DNA from: Ginglymostoma cirratum
Taxonomy: Eukaryota
Reading direction: 5' to 3'
Length of the DNA stretch: 64,000 bases
Assembly (NCBI GenBank): GCA_024137785.1
Contig: JAHRHZ010000021.1
Span: 36,407,126-36,471,125 of the forward strand
Shown piece after piece: positions 1-14,088 of this stretch. The translations under genes and the position numbers were made by a program. The notes beneath the pieces were generated by a model. The model worked only from the letters and a program-made list of their open reading frames with translations. It did not search any database and was not told the origin of the DNA. Position 1 is the first letter of the stretch, and each line of letters opens with the position of its first letter.

Positions 1-630
1 AGGAGGGTCTGAGATATGAAAACAGATTACACAGGCTGAGATTGTTTCCTTTAGAACAGTGAAGGATGGTAGCAATCTATTAGAGGTGTGTAAGTTAATT
101 CAGTTGCCTAGACAGCTACCTTATAGTGCACAATGATGCAAACAGCACAGGTTCAGTTCCTGCACTGGCTAAGTTTACTATCAAGGTCATGCCTTTTCGA
201 GCTTGCATGTCACCTGAAGCTTGATGATCCTCATGTTGAACTGATTACCAACCATCTCTCTATCTCATGAGAGAGCAGCCTTCTAGGACTGTGGTAACTG
301 TACCTTTTACAAAATTACAAGGGGCATCAATGGATGAAGACCTTTGGAGGGGTAAATAACTGGGGCTGAGTCTTAAGGTGCGAGGTAGAAGGCTTAGGGA
401 AGAGTTGAGGAGAATTTTATTTCATTAAGGAGGTGGTAGAAGTCTGAAACTCAATGTCTAAAAGGGTGATTGAGTGAGAATCTCTCAGCATTTAAACATT
501 ATTTAAATATTCAAAACCATTGTCATAGTCTCCAGGGCTATAGGCCAAAAGCTGAAAAATGGGATTAGTGAGTGAGAAATTTGTTGACCAGCATGGTCAC
601 AGTGGGCTAAATGACCTGCTGTGCTGTAAA
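1..630 (+). mobile_element. CR1-type LINE 3' end, decayed, interrupted by a SINE-like insert at ~90-310
   Basis: Degenerate CR1 ORF2 C-terminus (GGLRYENRLHRLRLFPLEQ...) followed by a CR1-like 3' UTR (ggtcacagtgggctaaatgacctgctgtgctgtaa). Confidence 0.7.
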
Positions 631-3600
631 TGTTTGAGTTTATAAATTCTCACCTTCATCTTCATTCTCAAAAGATTGCTGTTGTTCCCCTATTTTGCCT
701 GCTCACAGAACATTTCCTTTTATCTGCACCAGTAAAGAGCATTGCATGCCGTTATCTTACAGGGTACCCTTTCTGGGCTATACTGCGAAGGTCCACTGGA
801 GTGATCCAGGCAGCAAAAGGAGGCCTAATGCCTGTTCCATTATGGCTCTTGTGGCAGTGCAAACAACATTGTAACTTAGTTCTGTCTCAGTCTCAGGGTT
901 TTGGAAAGGTGGCATTAGCCGTGTTTGGAGGGGTAGACTAGCAGCCAGCCTTGTATGGCCCTGGTTCATTGGAAAGAGGCAGGAGCTCGTGAACTCTCCA
1001 GTTTGAAAAGATTATGGCAACTCTGAGGATACATGACACAGACCTCAAGAACTTGGCATCAGTGGTCATATATAATTTGAATTTTGAACATCAATGGAGT
1101 GGAAGCCATTTCTGTTGATTGAACTCTGGAAGTTGGTGGTAGGGTGCTCTTAAAGCAATAGGGGTACAGTCTATTGTGCCCTGGACCTAAGGAGCACAAC
1201 AGTGGAGGAAGAATCCCCATTGCCCAAGCTGCATGACCCTCATCATCACAGGGGAAGGGCAGCTGTATTCTTTACAAAATAGCATCAGTTACATCCCAGA
1301 TACATTTATGTGTTGAGGATTGGAGATGCCACACAGGTCCCCAATTTCTCCTTGAAATGAATCACTGGCATAAAAATTCAGGACAGCTTGACCTTGACAA
1401 CTACTGGGATGGGATTTCCATCCAGTCCTGCTGAACACAAGCCCTGCTCCAGTAAATTACATTGTCCAGTGATGATAGATTAGAACATCCTTAATCAGTG
1501 CCTTTGCTGCCTTTTAGACTGTTGAAGAAAATAGCAGAGAAACCTGTAGATCCAGGATTTCAATATTCTCCTCTGCCTCCTTGGTGAAGCTTCACCTGCT
1601 CCTTCTCCCTCTGCATGCTGTGCAGTTGCCATTGGACATTGCTGTTCTTTCAGGGTTCATTGATTAAGTGTTAATTACCGACTCCTTCTATGTTGTCTTC
1701 AGAGTTCACCAAGGTCACAATAACTCTAGCCATTGTATTCTCCATGTGACAACTATCAGCAAATAATCTGCAGGGAGTGAGGAAAAGTTAATATAGTTTT
1801 ATTGAAGGTACTCCTGTCACATCCATCACAATGAAGCTTTGTTACGCCCTCCCAGAGGGTGCCATGGAGGCTTCCCAAGGTGGTCAATGTCACACCTTTA
1901 TAAGGAGCCCTGAGGTATTTGCTGTTATCCACTTATACGTTTTGCAAGCAAAGTTTTCATGCTGGCATAGAATTCTGGCAGTAAACTACCATGACAGCAC
2001 CCACTCCCACAAATAAAAGAGCACTTTTTCACATCACAAAACATGTCCTCACAGGCTTATAGTTCAGTGTGTGAATCAGGCTGCAAAGCATTTTCTTCTT
2101 CATTATTGAAGATATTTGTGAAATGAGAAATTCAGATTCTGCTTTAAGTACCTTGTTTGCTTGAAATCATAATTTTTAACATGCATTCTTGGATAATGAT
2201 GACCTGCTAATGAGTGCAAATTGAAGCCAGATTGGTGCCATTACTGAATCAGTGAAGTAATGATTACTGCAATTGTCCCTAATAGGGTTTCCACTTCTAA
2301 GAGTTTTAATCTACCCCTGAAGAAGTAACGGTAACTTATTCGGCTCACTTTTCATGCTGTACCAGCCATTTTATGTATTTTTTGTACAGTTAACTTTTGA
2401 CCTGATATGGTAAGGTTTCGACTTTGGTTTAATGTGAGTGACTTACTGGCTCCACTTGTGATGTATAAATTTCCTGCCATCCTTGAATATTGTTGTTCCT
2501 GTGGCCCCTGTGACCTTCTAGTCTCCCCCATTTCTGTTGAGCACCTTTATGCAAGTATTACTATCCCCACGTTACCCCCAGAACCCATGATCTTGGAAAT
2601 GCCCATGTAGTCATTGACCCTACATCCTTCCCACGTAGGAGCCAAAGCTACTATGATCTGTTTGACATCCCCTCTCCCCCTACTTCTGGCTCTCCCAGTT
2701 CTCTCCCATTCTCTAGGAAGTCCCAGCTGACTATCTCTTTTTGACCCCTGGTACTGTCATCATTCCCTCAGTGATGCAGTACAATGAAACCTATTCCCAA
2801 AACATGAGGTTGCTTGCTTTCCTCAGGACTACAAGGATTGCTCCCTGATGAACCCCTTGACCATTACTGACCAAACCCACCGACTGACTAGGAAACCGAG
2901 CCCTAATTGACCACAGCTCACCCCCTGTAGTAATGTCTCCACAATGCCTTGACTGACCGACCAGTAATTGCCAGATGGCTTATATTTGACCTGCAGGACC
3001 GATTGGACCCTAATCCCTGGACTGCAAGGAATGGAGCCCTGGACACTGGTAATACGAAACACCTGCCTGGCATTTATGGTACCTCTGACTGACAGTAGGA
3101 CTGCTTCACGCTGTTAAGGATTGGTCCCTTTGATTTTCACACATGGCCATTTGCGCAAAGCACATGTGGTATGTTGCCACCTAGTGTGTGTGACTTCTGA
3201 CTTTGCCATGTAAGCTGCCAGCACATGCTGCAGGTGTGATATTTACATATCATGATGCTGCACAACCAACATGCCGACCCATAGTACTGATAGATTGCCT
3301 GTTCAGTGCACTCTATAACATGCTGTCGCTTCTCCCTCTGAGTTGAAAAGCAAAGCAAGACACAAAGACTGGAAGCCTGTAACAGCGCAAAACACTCTGG
3401 GCTTGAAGAAAACAATATGAGTCATACATAGGCTGGTAGCTGGTAACTGAGCTCTAAAAGTCATGTGCACAGAGGCCAGCAGCCTGTAAATGCTGAAGTT
3501 AATGACTATGTGTTAAGAAAGCAATGTAAAGAGCACAGAGTTTGACAACCCACAAGCTAATCCAAAGTAAGTGAACACTAAGAAAGCAATCTAAGACCCA

Positions 3601-3879
3601 CAAGTTGCATTTGTGTCCCTGCGTGCAAAGTGACCTGGAAGAAGCATGCAAGTCATAGATCTCCCTGATTTCCAAAATAAAGTGCGAGTTTGTCAAGGAG
3701 TAGGCATGATGATGTGGCAAGATGATGGTTTGCCGATGCCAATTTGCATGGATGCAAGGTCAAGTGGGAAGATGGCCTTGGAACATGCAGGTATGTTGTT
3801 GTGAAGCAACATTCACACAATGGCTGAGATCAGCATTTAGCAAACTGCAGCCCCTAGGACCTGCTCTGATTTAAATGGA

Positions 3880-4222
3880 GAGGCAATGGTATAATGGTAA
3901 TGTCGTTGCACTTGTAATCCAGAATCCCACAGTAATGTTTTCAAGACATGGGTTTGGATCCCACCTTGGCAGATGGTGAAATTTGAATTCAAATAGAAAA
4001 ATATGGAGTAGAAAGCTAGTCTAATGATAACTATGCAATCACTGTCAGTTTCCTAGTGAACTTTAAGGAAAGCACTCTGCCTTTTTCACCTGGTGTGACC
4101 TACATGTAATCCCAGACTCACTGCAGTGTGGTTGACTCTTAGCTGCCTTCAGGGCAGTAGGAGATGAGTAATAAACACTGACCTTGCCAGTGATGCTCAT
4201 TACCCATGAATAAATGAAAAGA
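3880..4222 (+). mobile_element. tRNA-derived Deu-SINE-like element (SacSINE1-like)
   Basis: tRNA-like head (ggtataatggtaatg...gggtttggatcccacc), Deu-type core (gacctacatgtaatcccagac...gtggttgactctt) and an L2/CR1-derived tail ending aataaatgaaaa. The same tail occurs at ~6630-6700 (-) and ~40940 (-). Confidence 0.65.
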
Positions 4223-4399
4223 AATCAGGAATTTGTGCCATTGAGTCTCTATTTGAAAGAGAGGAGGATCGGAAGTGTCATGCGAATAAGATGAGTTAGA
4301 GATTTAATTAGATGCAAATGCATGGAAATAATGTATTCTGAAGTTGTCATTTAAGAGAAAAACTTTTCTAAACAACAAGAATCTGATATTTTCATTCTC

Positions 4400-5075
4400 A
4401 TGGAATTTTCTTATCTCTGTCACCATTATTCTTGCCACACTAAGGAGGGGATAATTCTGCTCCTAACGAAGAAACAGAACAACATTTTATCATCCATAAA
4501 GGAGGACCATGATCATAAATTTATGAAAATTCTGAAAACGTTGGAGGATGCTGGCCCAACCTTCAAGGACAAATGTGAATTTGCTTAGCTTATAGTCAAC
4601 GTCTTGGTTCACATTGTCAAAGCTTCGGTAAAAATAGTGAGCCTCGGTTAAGAGTGACAAAGATTCCTGGGGATGATAGATAAGAAACCAAGTAACTAAT
4701 CTATTAGCAATTGAACTCTTGAAACAGCTGTTGCTATAAAGCAGACAATGATATGGAATATCTATCAGAGAAAGTCTTTCAAAAGGTTTAAGAAATTGTT
4801 AACTTTTACAAAGTATTGGTGCATTACAATCCGCAGTTATCAACAATATCTCTGGATTCAGCATCCATAGATTTGGGTGCAATAATGCTACAAATCCTGT
4901 AAGATGTAAAACATAAGCCAATATATTATGTTTCAATGACTGTAGTAGAAACAGAGAAAAGATTCACTGTAATTGAAAAATAAACCTTACAGCAAAGTGA
5001 GTATGGGGGAAGTTCTTGGACTATGCTGTGGGGTTGAGGTTAAAGATTGAAAAGATGACTAAATCATTGATTTCT
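4400..5075 (+). mobile_element. Gypsy LTR-retrotransposon RT/RNase H remnant
   Basis: ORF 4400-4588 contains DHDHKFMKILKTLEDAGPTFKDKCEFA (Gypsy RT C-terminal pattern). Downstream HYNPQL...DSASIDLGAIMLQ resembles the RNase H start. Heavily frameshifted. Confidence 0.6.
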
Positions 5076-6159
5076 CGATATGAAAACATCCTCCAATCAT
5101 TCCTTCATATATTGAGTTTCCTCTCTTCAAATTATTGTCCACTCCACATCCCAGTATGCTGCCTTCAATACCCAGAATTGACTTGCAATACTTCCTTACC
5201 TTGGCAATGACCCCCAATAATCTTCCTTGACTTTCATTGAGCCAAGCCCTCAAGGCTAACCATGGCTCAGCCCCTGATCTACTTGGATGGACAACCCTGA
5301 CTGATCCTTATGCACTTCTCTGACTGACATACTACAATTCCTCAACTGGTTGCACTTCATCTGCAGGACTCATTGTGGCCCATTCTGTGGACTGCAGTAA
5401 CCTAGACCTCTGATCCTGAATGCCCCAAGCAGACTGTGTCCAAGCTCTGGACTGATATTGGACACTAACTACCACACTGGCTTTTATGTCAGGAATTATC
5501 CCTCTCATTTCTATTTGATTGGTCAGAGAATGGGAAACTGCCTTGTCAATGAGGCAGGATTACGTGCTAATAGCATGCTAATGTCGGCCCATGGATACAA
5601 ATAAGTCTCTCCCCATTCAGTTGTGAGATTCTCGTCTCGATATTCAAAACTTGGTTGGAGAATTGGATTATTTATTCTCGATGTCAAGAATCTCATTGCT
5701 GCTGAGCTCACCCTATTTTCTCAACTGACTCACCAATGCCCACAGGGGCTTTCAAGATTCTGCCTATAATCATTGTTTTTGTATTTATGGTTAGCATAGT
5801 TCATCACAAGGTTAATATAAGACCTTTTGTCTGCATCTAAATTTTTTATTATATTATATTTTACAGTCAGAAAAAGTACAAGCCCTTTACTTGGTATATT
5901 TATGTATTTTTTTCACTTTCCTGCTCTTTATCTGTCAGTCTGTTTAGTATCTGTTTCTTTATATAACATTGCAAACATCCTTCTAATAACTGTTAACTAT
6001 ATGTTTCCATGTTAACACAAGAATTTTTTAAATCTAGTATTGAGTTCTCTACATCAAATTGTCAGTCTAGATAAGTCTGTTTTTCCATGTTTTTATCTAT
6101 CTAAATTTATCGACTATCCCACATATTTGCTAATATCTATTGGAATTTTTTTAATGAAG

Positions 6160-6253
6160 GTGATGAGGAGTTGCTGCAAGAGGTTCTCTTTGATGCTGTA
6201 GTAACTGCTCCAATTGAAGCTTACTGGACAGCTATAGCCATGAACATTTCTGA
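6160..6253 (+). CDS. CACNA2D4: Voltage-gated calcium channel auxiliary subunit alpha2/delta-4, internal coding exon
   Basis: aag|GT...GA|gtaagt, 94 nt, phase 1 to 2. Translates [31 protein letters not shown], which matches recalled human CACNA2D4 ([31 protein letters not shown]). Confidence 0.95.
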
Positions 6254-7159
6254 GTAAGTATGGCAATTGCAAAAAACTTCAAACAATAGTGAAGTATGTT
6301 TTAGAATTATGCTAATTGTCAGCATTTGACATTCTTCTACTTTTAAAGATAAGTGAACAGAAATTTTAAAATGTATAGTTTTGTGGGGGGCTTCTGCTCC
6401 ATGAATGCAATCATTTAGGTGTGTGTTACTGATTAATTATTGCTTTGATTTGATTGTCTATCTGCTGATCTATGAATGTATTTGTCAACATTCCTGTTAT
6501 GGAATATCTTGAGTAATTGCTGATTTATGTTTAATAAATTATTAACTCCTTGATGTTCCCATTAGTTTAATTTGTTAATTCACTTGCTGTCCCAATTAAT
6601 TATTGGTGCCAACTATTCCATTCTTGATTGTTTTTTCATTTTCTCGGGATATGAGTGTCACTGGCAAGGCTAGCTTTTGTTGCCCATCTCTAATTGCCCA
6701 TGAAAAGGTGGAGGTGAGCTGCTTTCTTGAACTACTGTAGCCCATCTGGTGCAGATATATCCACAGGGTACTTACTGCCAAGTTTACCCACTGCTTCATT
6801 AATCTATTGACAGCTGACTGCTATATTTTGATTCGTTTGTATGTCTGAAGCTCTGTTAATTTAATTCATTAAGTCACTGATGCATTCATAAATAATAACT
6901 TGTGCAAAGTTTGTAGAATAGAGAAAAGAGTGAAAAATATTCATTGAGTATAGGGGTTACGATTCATATTTTACATTTATATTTTAATTTTAGTGGCATA
7001 GGCCTCCATAATATTATTAGGCTTACTTTATAGCTGGAACCATTATCCCTTTATTATTTGACATATGCCAGATGCTCTGTGAGGGTAATTCATGCTTTTA
7101 TCCTGATATTATATAGAGAAAAGCACATATTTTGTCAACTTTCTTTGACTCTTCTACAG

Positions 7160-7255
7160 AAATAATAAAGATGGTGTTGAAATGGCTTTCCTGGGCACTC
7201 GTGCAGGCTTGATGCGAAGTTGTCTCTTTGTAGGAAAGGAGAAGAGCTCAAACAA
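7160..7255 (+). CDS. CACNA2D4: CACNA2D4 internal coding exon
   Basis: cttctacag|A...AA|gtaggt, 96 nt, phase 2 to 2. [32 protein letters not shown] matches [28 protein letters not shown]. Confidence 0.95.
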
Positions 7256-7289
7256 GTAGGTGCAATTTAATCAAATATTGGTATTATCT

Positions 7290-8122
7290 GAACTGATGCT
7301 ATTACTGGATAAGTCAGATCCCAGATTGATATCTGGCTTAATAGATCATATTTTGTTTTGGTTTTAATCTGGTTGCCTCTCACTAAAGCACAAGCATGCA
7401 GTGTCCAGATTTTGTCTTAACAATAAAACAGAAGTTTATTATGCAAAATAAATTAAGGTAAATAGAATAAACCAATATTTACTTATATCACAAATTTTAA
7501 AAAAAATTTAAACACACTGGAATTGCTTTTTTAACAACTTGATAAAGTAGTATAACTGTGACGTTAACTCCTAGACCAGCTATAACTTTAACTTCCAGAC
7601 TGAAGATACTCATAGCTTATTCTAGGAGTTATCATATATGCTCAGCTTCAAGTAACCACTTCAAGTTTGGAACAATTACTAACTAACTCTAAGATGATCT
7701 AGTTTTACTATATTCTCCCTTTCTCAGGAGTGCTGTTCCATTCATGCATCTCCATACAAGTACTTCACAGAAATTCCCAAATCAAAATAAAATTGACACA
7801 AAAGTATCTTCCAACAAGCTATGGGCGTTTTCCTTAAGTTTAAAAATACTCCCTAAGTTTTGACAATTCTAACAGACCTTAAAGCGCAATGGTTCACCCT
7901 GCCGAGTCATAAAATCTTTAAGGAGACGCAAACCCATTAGGATGTCAAAGTGACCTTCGCAAACTGATTTAAAAGAAATCACCGCGACTACGTAACTTCT
8001 TACCAGTTAATGATTAATTTCAGGCATGCAGAAAACCCATATGTTATTAACTCAAAATTCAAAACTCTAACTTAAATAAATAATATTTTATATATAAAAT
8101 ATATATAAATCTCATATCATAC
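7290..8122. repeat. Probable solo-LTR-like interspersed repeat
   Basis: Shares motifs (acaagtacttcacag; aataaataatatt...atcaca/atcataca end) with 46230-47505. No coding remnant. Confidence 0.35.
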
Positions 8123-9723
8123 AGAAATATGTGCACTGGCATTTCATCCTGTTAAAAGTAAGATAAATTGCAGAGAGGATTTCATAATTTACTGGAAATT
8201 TAACAAAATATGTTTTGCAAGAACATGGTAACTGATTAGTTAAGCTTTTCTATTGAACATTAAAGCAGTTAATTAAGTATTCAGTTGTTAGCAATGCTGG
8301 CAACTTTACATTTCAGACATTACTAGATTAGTTTTAACTGAAAAAGCCTTCTGTATTTGCTACGTATTGCAAAATTGTAAATGGATATTTGTTTACATCT
8401 ACCTTTTTTAATCATAATTTCCAAAGACAGTAAATAGCCTTTGCTAACACAGTTAAATATTTGATCCAGGTAGTGATAAATTTGCTGTAGATCCATATGG
8501 ATATAATTGGGTGAGGATATCAGTCAGATTTCCCTTTCCTCCCACACAATCTAACATCTGCTGTTCTTTATTAGGGATGCAGTAAAAATTGTCATGGATT
8601 TTCTACAGCTTAAGTATTTGTCTCCCTGATCCTCCTCCTACATGCTATGATTCAACAGGGTATTTAAATTTTGACTGGAAATCTCCTTACAGCTTTTAGA
8701 ATTATCCTGCCATAACTGTACAATTAACAGCAAAGACTTTTAATTCTGTCAGCAGTTTAAAAAAAACAGATTGCTTCTTTATTTATCTGATTCCCAAGTG
8801 GTTCCATGTTGCTCTCTGCTACTTGTCACAATGCAAGCAGTATCAATTTAATTATGATAAAGGATATCCTGTATTATGTAAACTAATGACTCCTGTCTAT
8901 TTCCTCCTCCATTATGCAAAGTATAATGAGATCCATGTCAGGCCTTGTATTATTGTGGAACCAACATAATCTTCCACTGTCTCTGTAGACTGGGGAAGAA
9001 TTGCAGCATAAACAATCAAAGTCTCCACAATAGTAGTGCTGCACTGGATTTGTAGTGCCATGTTTATTGAAGGGCCTTCCAGAAGCACAGCTGAAGAACA
9101 ACTGAATGAGATCTCAAAGAAGACAGATTAGACAATATCTGCTGAACATTGCCTTCTGCAACCTACAAGTAAAGAGGCAACTGTCCCTTGCGGATTTTAC
9201 CATGACACATTCATGCATTTTACCTTTTCCCTTTAACTATCTTATCTTTCTAAGTGAAATCCTCAAAAAAAGGAAACAAAATAACCTAAGAGCAAAAAAT
9301 CTGAAAACAGAACTTTTCTTCAGTGTTTTTTATTAGCCTCATTAGTATTTGCATAAAATGCTTCTTTCTCTTACTAGGTGTATTACTACTTGCTAAATAT
9401 TCCATTTTAAAGTTTGCATCACTATTTATAACAAATCCTTCCTTTTTATATTGTGTTCCTTCCTGGTGTTGCTTCATGGTGTTTTTAGTTCTTTCCTGAT
9501 TTTTCCAATTGAATGTTATCTGACGTACAGGAACATGAGATGTTTAAGTGCAATTTGGTGTCCTGTGGCTTTTAATGAAAGTTGTGTTGAAAGAGTTAAC
9601 ACTTGGTTAAGCGCAATAAATATTACCCACAGTAATGATGCCATGAGGACTTGGTCAGTGTTAAAAAAGAGCTTGTAGGAGATAGAACTGGGGTAAGTGG
9701 GTTCCTCACTGCAGTAAAATTGA

Positions 9724-9932
9724 ATATATGGAATCTGAGATAACAAGCATGGGGCTAGATGAACACAGCAGGTCAAGCAGCATCATAGGAGCAGGAAAAC
9801 TTGACGTTTCGGGCCTAGACCCTTCATCCTATGATGCTGCTTGACCTGCTGTGTTCATCCAGCCCCATGCTTGTTATCTCGGATTCTCCAGCATCTGCAG
9901 TACCTTTTATCTCTGATATATATGGAATCTGA
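9724..9932 (+). mobile_element. Short palindromic Penelope-like insertion (family A) with TSD
   Basis: 54-bp inverted arms at 9737-9790 and 9827-9880 (1 mismatch), 3' tail 9881-9916, and a 15-bp direct repeat atatatggaatctga at 9724-9738 and 9918-9932. Confidence 0.85.
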
Positions 9933-9959
9933 AATTAGTTACAGTAATGCAACACACCT

Positions 9960-11520
9960 CAATGCTTACTCAACAAGACTCCTTGAGTGAGGCCAAAAAG
10001 GTGGATATCATAATTCTTTCGAGAGCACTTCAGACTTGAAGAAAACCACACACAAGAAGGTGGCAACAGTGTGGCAACACACAATACAGATTGAAGAAGG
10101 AAGCCAATGGCACAAAGCATTTCTGACATGACACGAGATGTGCAGGAACAAAAGAAACCTGCAGGCCCAAGATAGAGCTCACATCATGAAGCAGTGCTTT
10201 GTGGGAATGGTGCTTTAAACCAGTGAGCTAATCAGATGGTGAGGATTCCATGAGTCAACACCAAAAATCGTTTGTACAAGATGAAAGTATTAAATTGTGC
10301 AGTAATTCAGTCTGCAACAATTGCAATTTTAAAGAGAAGTCACACTTCAATTGGGTGCCGCCATGATAATGCATGGATATCATGAGTCAGGGTTGTGAAG
10401 ATGAAACTAAAGAGGGCTACAGGAGAAAATTTATACAGTGGAGAGTGCTAGGAGTGGAAAACTGGAAAAATTGCTGGCAAAAATACTTAAAGGACTTAAG
10501 TTTGGAACAAATTAAAGAAATACGTAGCCTGATCTGAGTAAAGAAATTTTTTTAAGGAAGGGCTACCCACACAAAGAGATAAATGAGGTACAACAGTGTC
10601 CTGTAGAGGTTAATCCCACTGTTTTCCTAGAGAAAATCAATGACCCAGATCAATCATTTACATCAATGGGCATCTCATTAATTTCAGTTTAGACACTGGA
10701 GTATGCATCACGTTATTGTCTTTTAGAGAATTTTGCTTCTGATTACAGCTGATAGAAGTTCAGCTAAATGGTCCAATGGGCCTTGAACTTAACTCCTCAA
10801 GGTACACTACAAGACACTCTCCAACATAAGGGACTTCAGATACAAGAAAATCTTTATGTACTGTGTAATCAAAAGTGTCACTCCTGAGTAGAAGTTACTT
10901 GTATTGATCTCAATTTTTTTCATTAGGTGGAAGAGGTTAAACAACAAAAAGTCAAGAAAAACCCAGTAGAATGTTTTATGGTCCCTGTAAACTCATGGTA
11001 GAACTTAAAGAAAAAAACAAAATTTTGTAAGATTGGTCATATTGGAGTGAAAATTTTGTTTTACACTATCAAAGAAATGGAAACAGATCACTATGGTGAT
11101 CAAGGTGAAATGTTTCGCACTGCTATCAAAACTGAAAGAAATTCAAATTTCAAGTTACAACAAAGTTCAAGATGAAGTTCAAGCAAAAAGGCAACAGCTG
11201 CACTATTTACATCATGTGAGTTTGTATAGTGATAGACGGAATCTGCAAGTAAATGGATTCGGATTGCACAACAGTGCATAAGTCTTCGTGGCAAATACAA
11301 GTCTGACATTAGATGCTGAGATGATTAGAAGGGACAAGTTCAACCAAAACATCCTACGTCTCCATCTTCCAGTGAAGAATCTTCAAAAGCAGCAAATTCC
11401 ACATGATTCAAATTGAAGATCTGGCACACTCGATTCCATGGAGGATAATTAAGAAGAGTCAAAAAATGTGCAAAGATCCAAGATGTTGCAAAGAGAAATC
11501 ACCTGCTACAGGAAGGACTA
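9960..11520 (+). mobile_element. Highly decayed LTR-retrotransposon (Gypsy-like) internal remnant
   Basis: A-rich coding-like composition with scattered gag/pol-like fragments (e.g. GHIGVK at ~11035, similar to the integrase zinc-finger region). No intact ORF. Confidence 0.35.
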
Positions 11521-13993
11521 CACCAACAGCTAGAAGGAAAAGACGTACATTCCCAAGTGCTTTGCAAAAGAAATAAAAAAAGTTCAAAAAAAAACTACAG
11601 AGCTCAGACCACCAGGAAGACATTTCAAGTCTCTACCCATCAAGCTAACATTCTTCCAAAGCTGCAGGGAACATGTTTTCGGAGAAACTTGGAAATTCCA
11701 GATCATCTGAATTTGTGAAGTCAAATACATGGGTTGCAAGGGGAGGTGAGAGAAATGGGATAGGGTAGAGGTAGTAATCAATATGTAAACAACTGTATAA
11801 CAATTTAATAATTATGAGGGAAAATACTTGTGAGGGAATATTGTATTTGGATCTGAAAGGGTTCAGAATGTATATACTTGATTGAGTGCAATAAGTATCA
11901 TCCACTGTGATGATGTGAAGGAAACTTGGATAGAGTAAAGAAGGAGCTTATAGGCAGTAGATCTGGGGTTAGTGTGCTCCTAAAAATCTCCATATTAATA
12001 TTTATGTAATACACTTCATATTGTTTATTCAACAAGACTCTTACAGCTAAACTGGATTTCAATACTCAATCAAACCGGGCTTGAAGGAACACACATGCGA
12101 CAGGTAGCCCTTGGAGGCCGGTGACAACCACTAAATTAGCTTTTCAAGTGGAAAAGCAGTGTGATCCTTCAGCTTCCTATTTCTTTGACCAAATATCTGA
12201 GGATGCCAATTGGAAAGTTCAAGAGGTGTTATCAAAATCAATCTCACTCCTTCTGAACACACAAAGGTAAAGGGGAATTCACTTTTAAATCCCGTGTTCT
12301 ACAGAGTCGCTATATGATATTGACAATTATCCCACCAATTCAGTCCAAGAACTGTAACTGGATCCTGGATATGATGTATGATCCCAGTTTAACTCTGTAT
12401 AGTTCCAGTTCTCCAACCATGGGCTAAGGGACTATCACATTGTGGCAACAATGGGGCAGTAGACCCAGCCCCTGTTTTTGGACAGTGCAGCCCCATTACT
12501 GACTTGAAGGAGGGTAAAAGTTAGGCTCCATGATTTTATAAGAAAGTAGGTATGGTGTGATGCAGATGAAGGAAAGCAACAAGATTAATTGATTCAAGAG
12601 CAAAATGCAGTAGATGCTGGAAAACTAAATAAAAATGAAAAGCTTTTGACATACCACAAGATCAGGTTGTATTTGCGAAGAAAGCAAGAACAATAATAGC
12701 TAGAGTTTTGAGGTCTGGGCTGGGAGATGGGAAGACATGGGTGAGCATGGAGGTGGAAGTGACAAAGGGATTGTCCAGTTGGGAAAATGCCCTGGGAAAG
12801 CCATTGAAGACTGGTGGTCTCCCAATGAGGTTGGAGGATGGGTGCTTCTTTCTTGATGGGCCACCCAAACAGTAATTGTGACACCATGGCAATAACTACC
12901 CTCTCTATCTATGGCCAGTCCAGTAAACTTCAGCCCAGATATTCACATTGATGCTATATTGTTGAAATGTATTCATTTGTGGCTATCTTGCTGTTCCCAA
13001 AGCCTTTTCTTTAAAATTATTTTTTGAAAAATTCAGTACACAAATATTTTATTTACCTTTAATGTTTGGGCAATGAATGCTGGAAAAGTCAGTGAAGTCC
13101 AAATCCCATGAACAGATTTAAAGAAATGTTTAATTCTTTGTGTCTGTGAAGCTTAACTTGCATTTATTCATTTGTTGAGTTTATTTGTTGAGTACCCAGT
13201 GGTTTGCTTCCTGTGAAGTTAAATTGAATGTATTGAAGGTGGATTGATTAAAGCCTGCTGACTGCACTTCTTGATTTAATTCTTGGCTGCAGTGTTCCTT
13301 GGAGTTACTGTTGAAATGTGTTGAGGTCAGATTGACGTAGTTGTTTAATTATGGACTGATGTATTTAATTATCGTGTGAAGTCCTACTTTCCTCAATTTA
13401 TCTAGAATCATCCATAAGTGCAGCAACTGTATTAATGGTAATTTATCTTCTGTAGAAAAGATGAATATTTCCTACAGCTATGTATAAAGGCACTATATAA
13501 AGATCTGTGGTACCTATTTACCAATCATATTTTAGTTACTTTGACTGCCCCGCTGTAGGTAACTGGATTACATTAGTTCTCTCAACAGAATATAATTGGA
13601 TTTCATTCTATACATTTTTAGGTTAATTACCTCCAGCTAATTTTCAGTCACTTTGAGGTTCTCAGACTGTTTGTACGGACCAGAAATTCCTTCATGTTCA
13701 CTAACATTTGTGATTCTTCTCAGATAAATTGAGATAACATTCAAATATTTAATCCTGAGTTGCTGAGTCTCGAGTCAAAGCTGTGTATCTGGATGTCTGA
13801 AACATTTGCTACTACATTTATCCAAATCAGCATCTCTGCTGAAATGTCATGTTATAAGCGAACTTCTGTGTTTAATGTAAAACAACATTTTATTGCTATG
13901 AATTTTTGGCCAGAGGGCTGTGGATACTCAGTGTTTGGGTAATCAGTGCTGAAAGCAATGGATTTTCCAACTCAAGGGATATAGGAAGGGCTG

Positions 13994-14088
13994 TGAGGAG
14001 GGGTTACTTAACCCGAAACGTTAACTTTGATTTCTTTCCACAGTTGCTGCCAGACCTGCTGATCTATTCTAGCAACTTCTATTTATGT
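13994..14088 (+). mobile_element. Penelope-like 3' fragment (family C) starting at a hammerhead core
   Basis: tgagga-g-gggtta-ct-taaccc-gaaacgtt-aact followed by gctgccagacctgctga...agcaacttct, homologous to 23910-24000. Confidence 0.75.

Noticed and set aside
8760-9480. Possible extra exon or conserved element
   Set aside because: The flanking CACNA2D4 exons already join in phase with no missing protein sequence, and conservation cannot be judged without an alignment.
9737-9880. Hairpins here and at 39261-39450 as pre-miRNAs or classical MITEs
   Set aside because: They are multi-copy, with long variable TSDs, an asymmetric tail and a link to a GIY-YIG ORF. This fits Penelope-like retroelements rather than DNA-transposon TIRs or miRNA genes.
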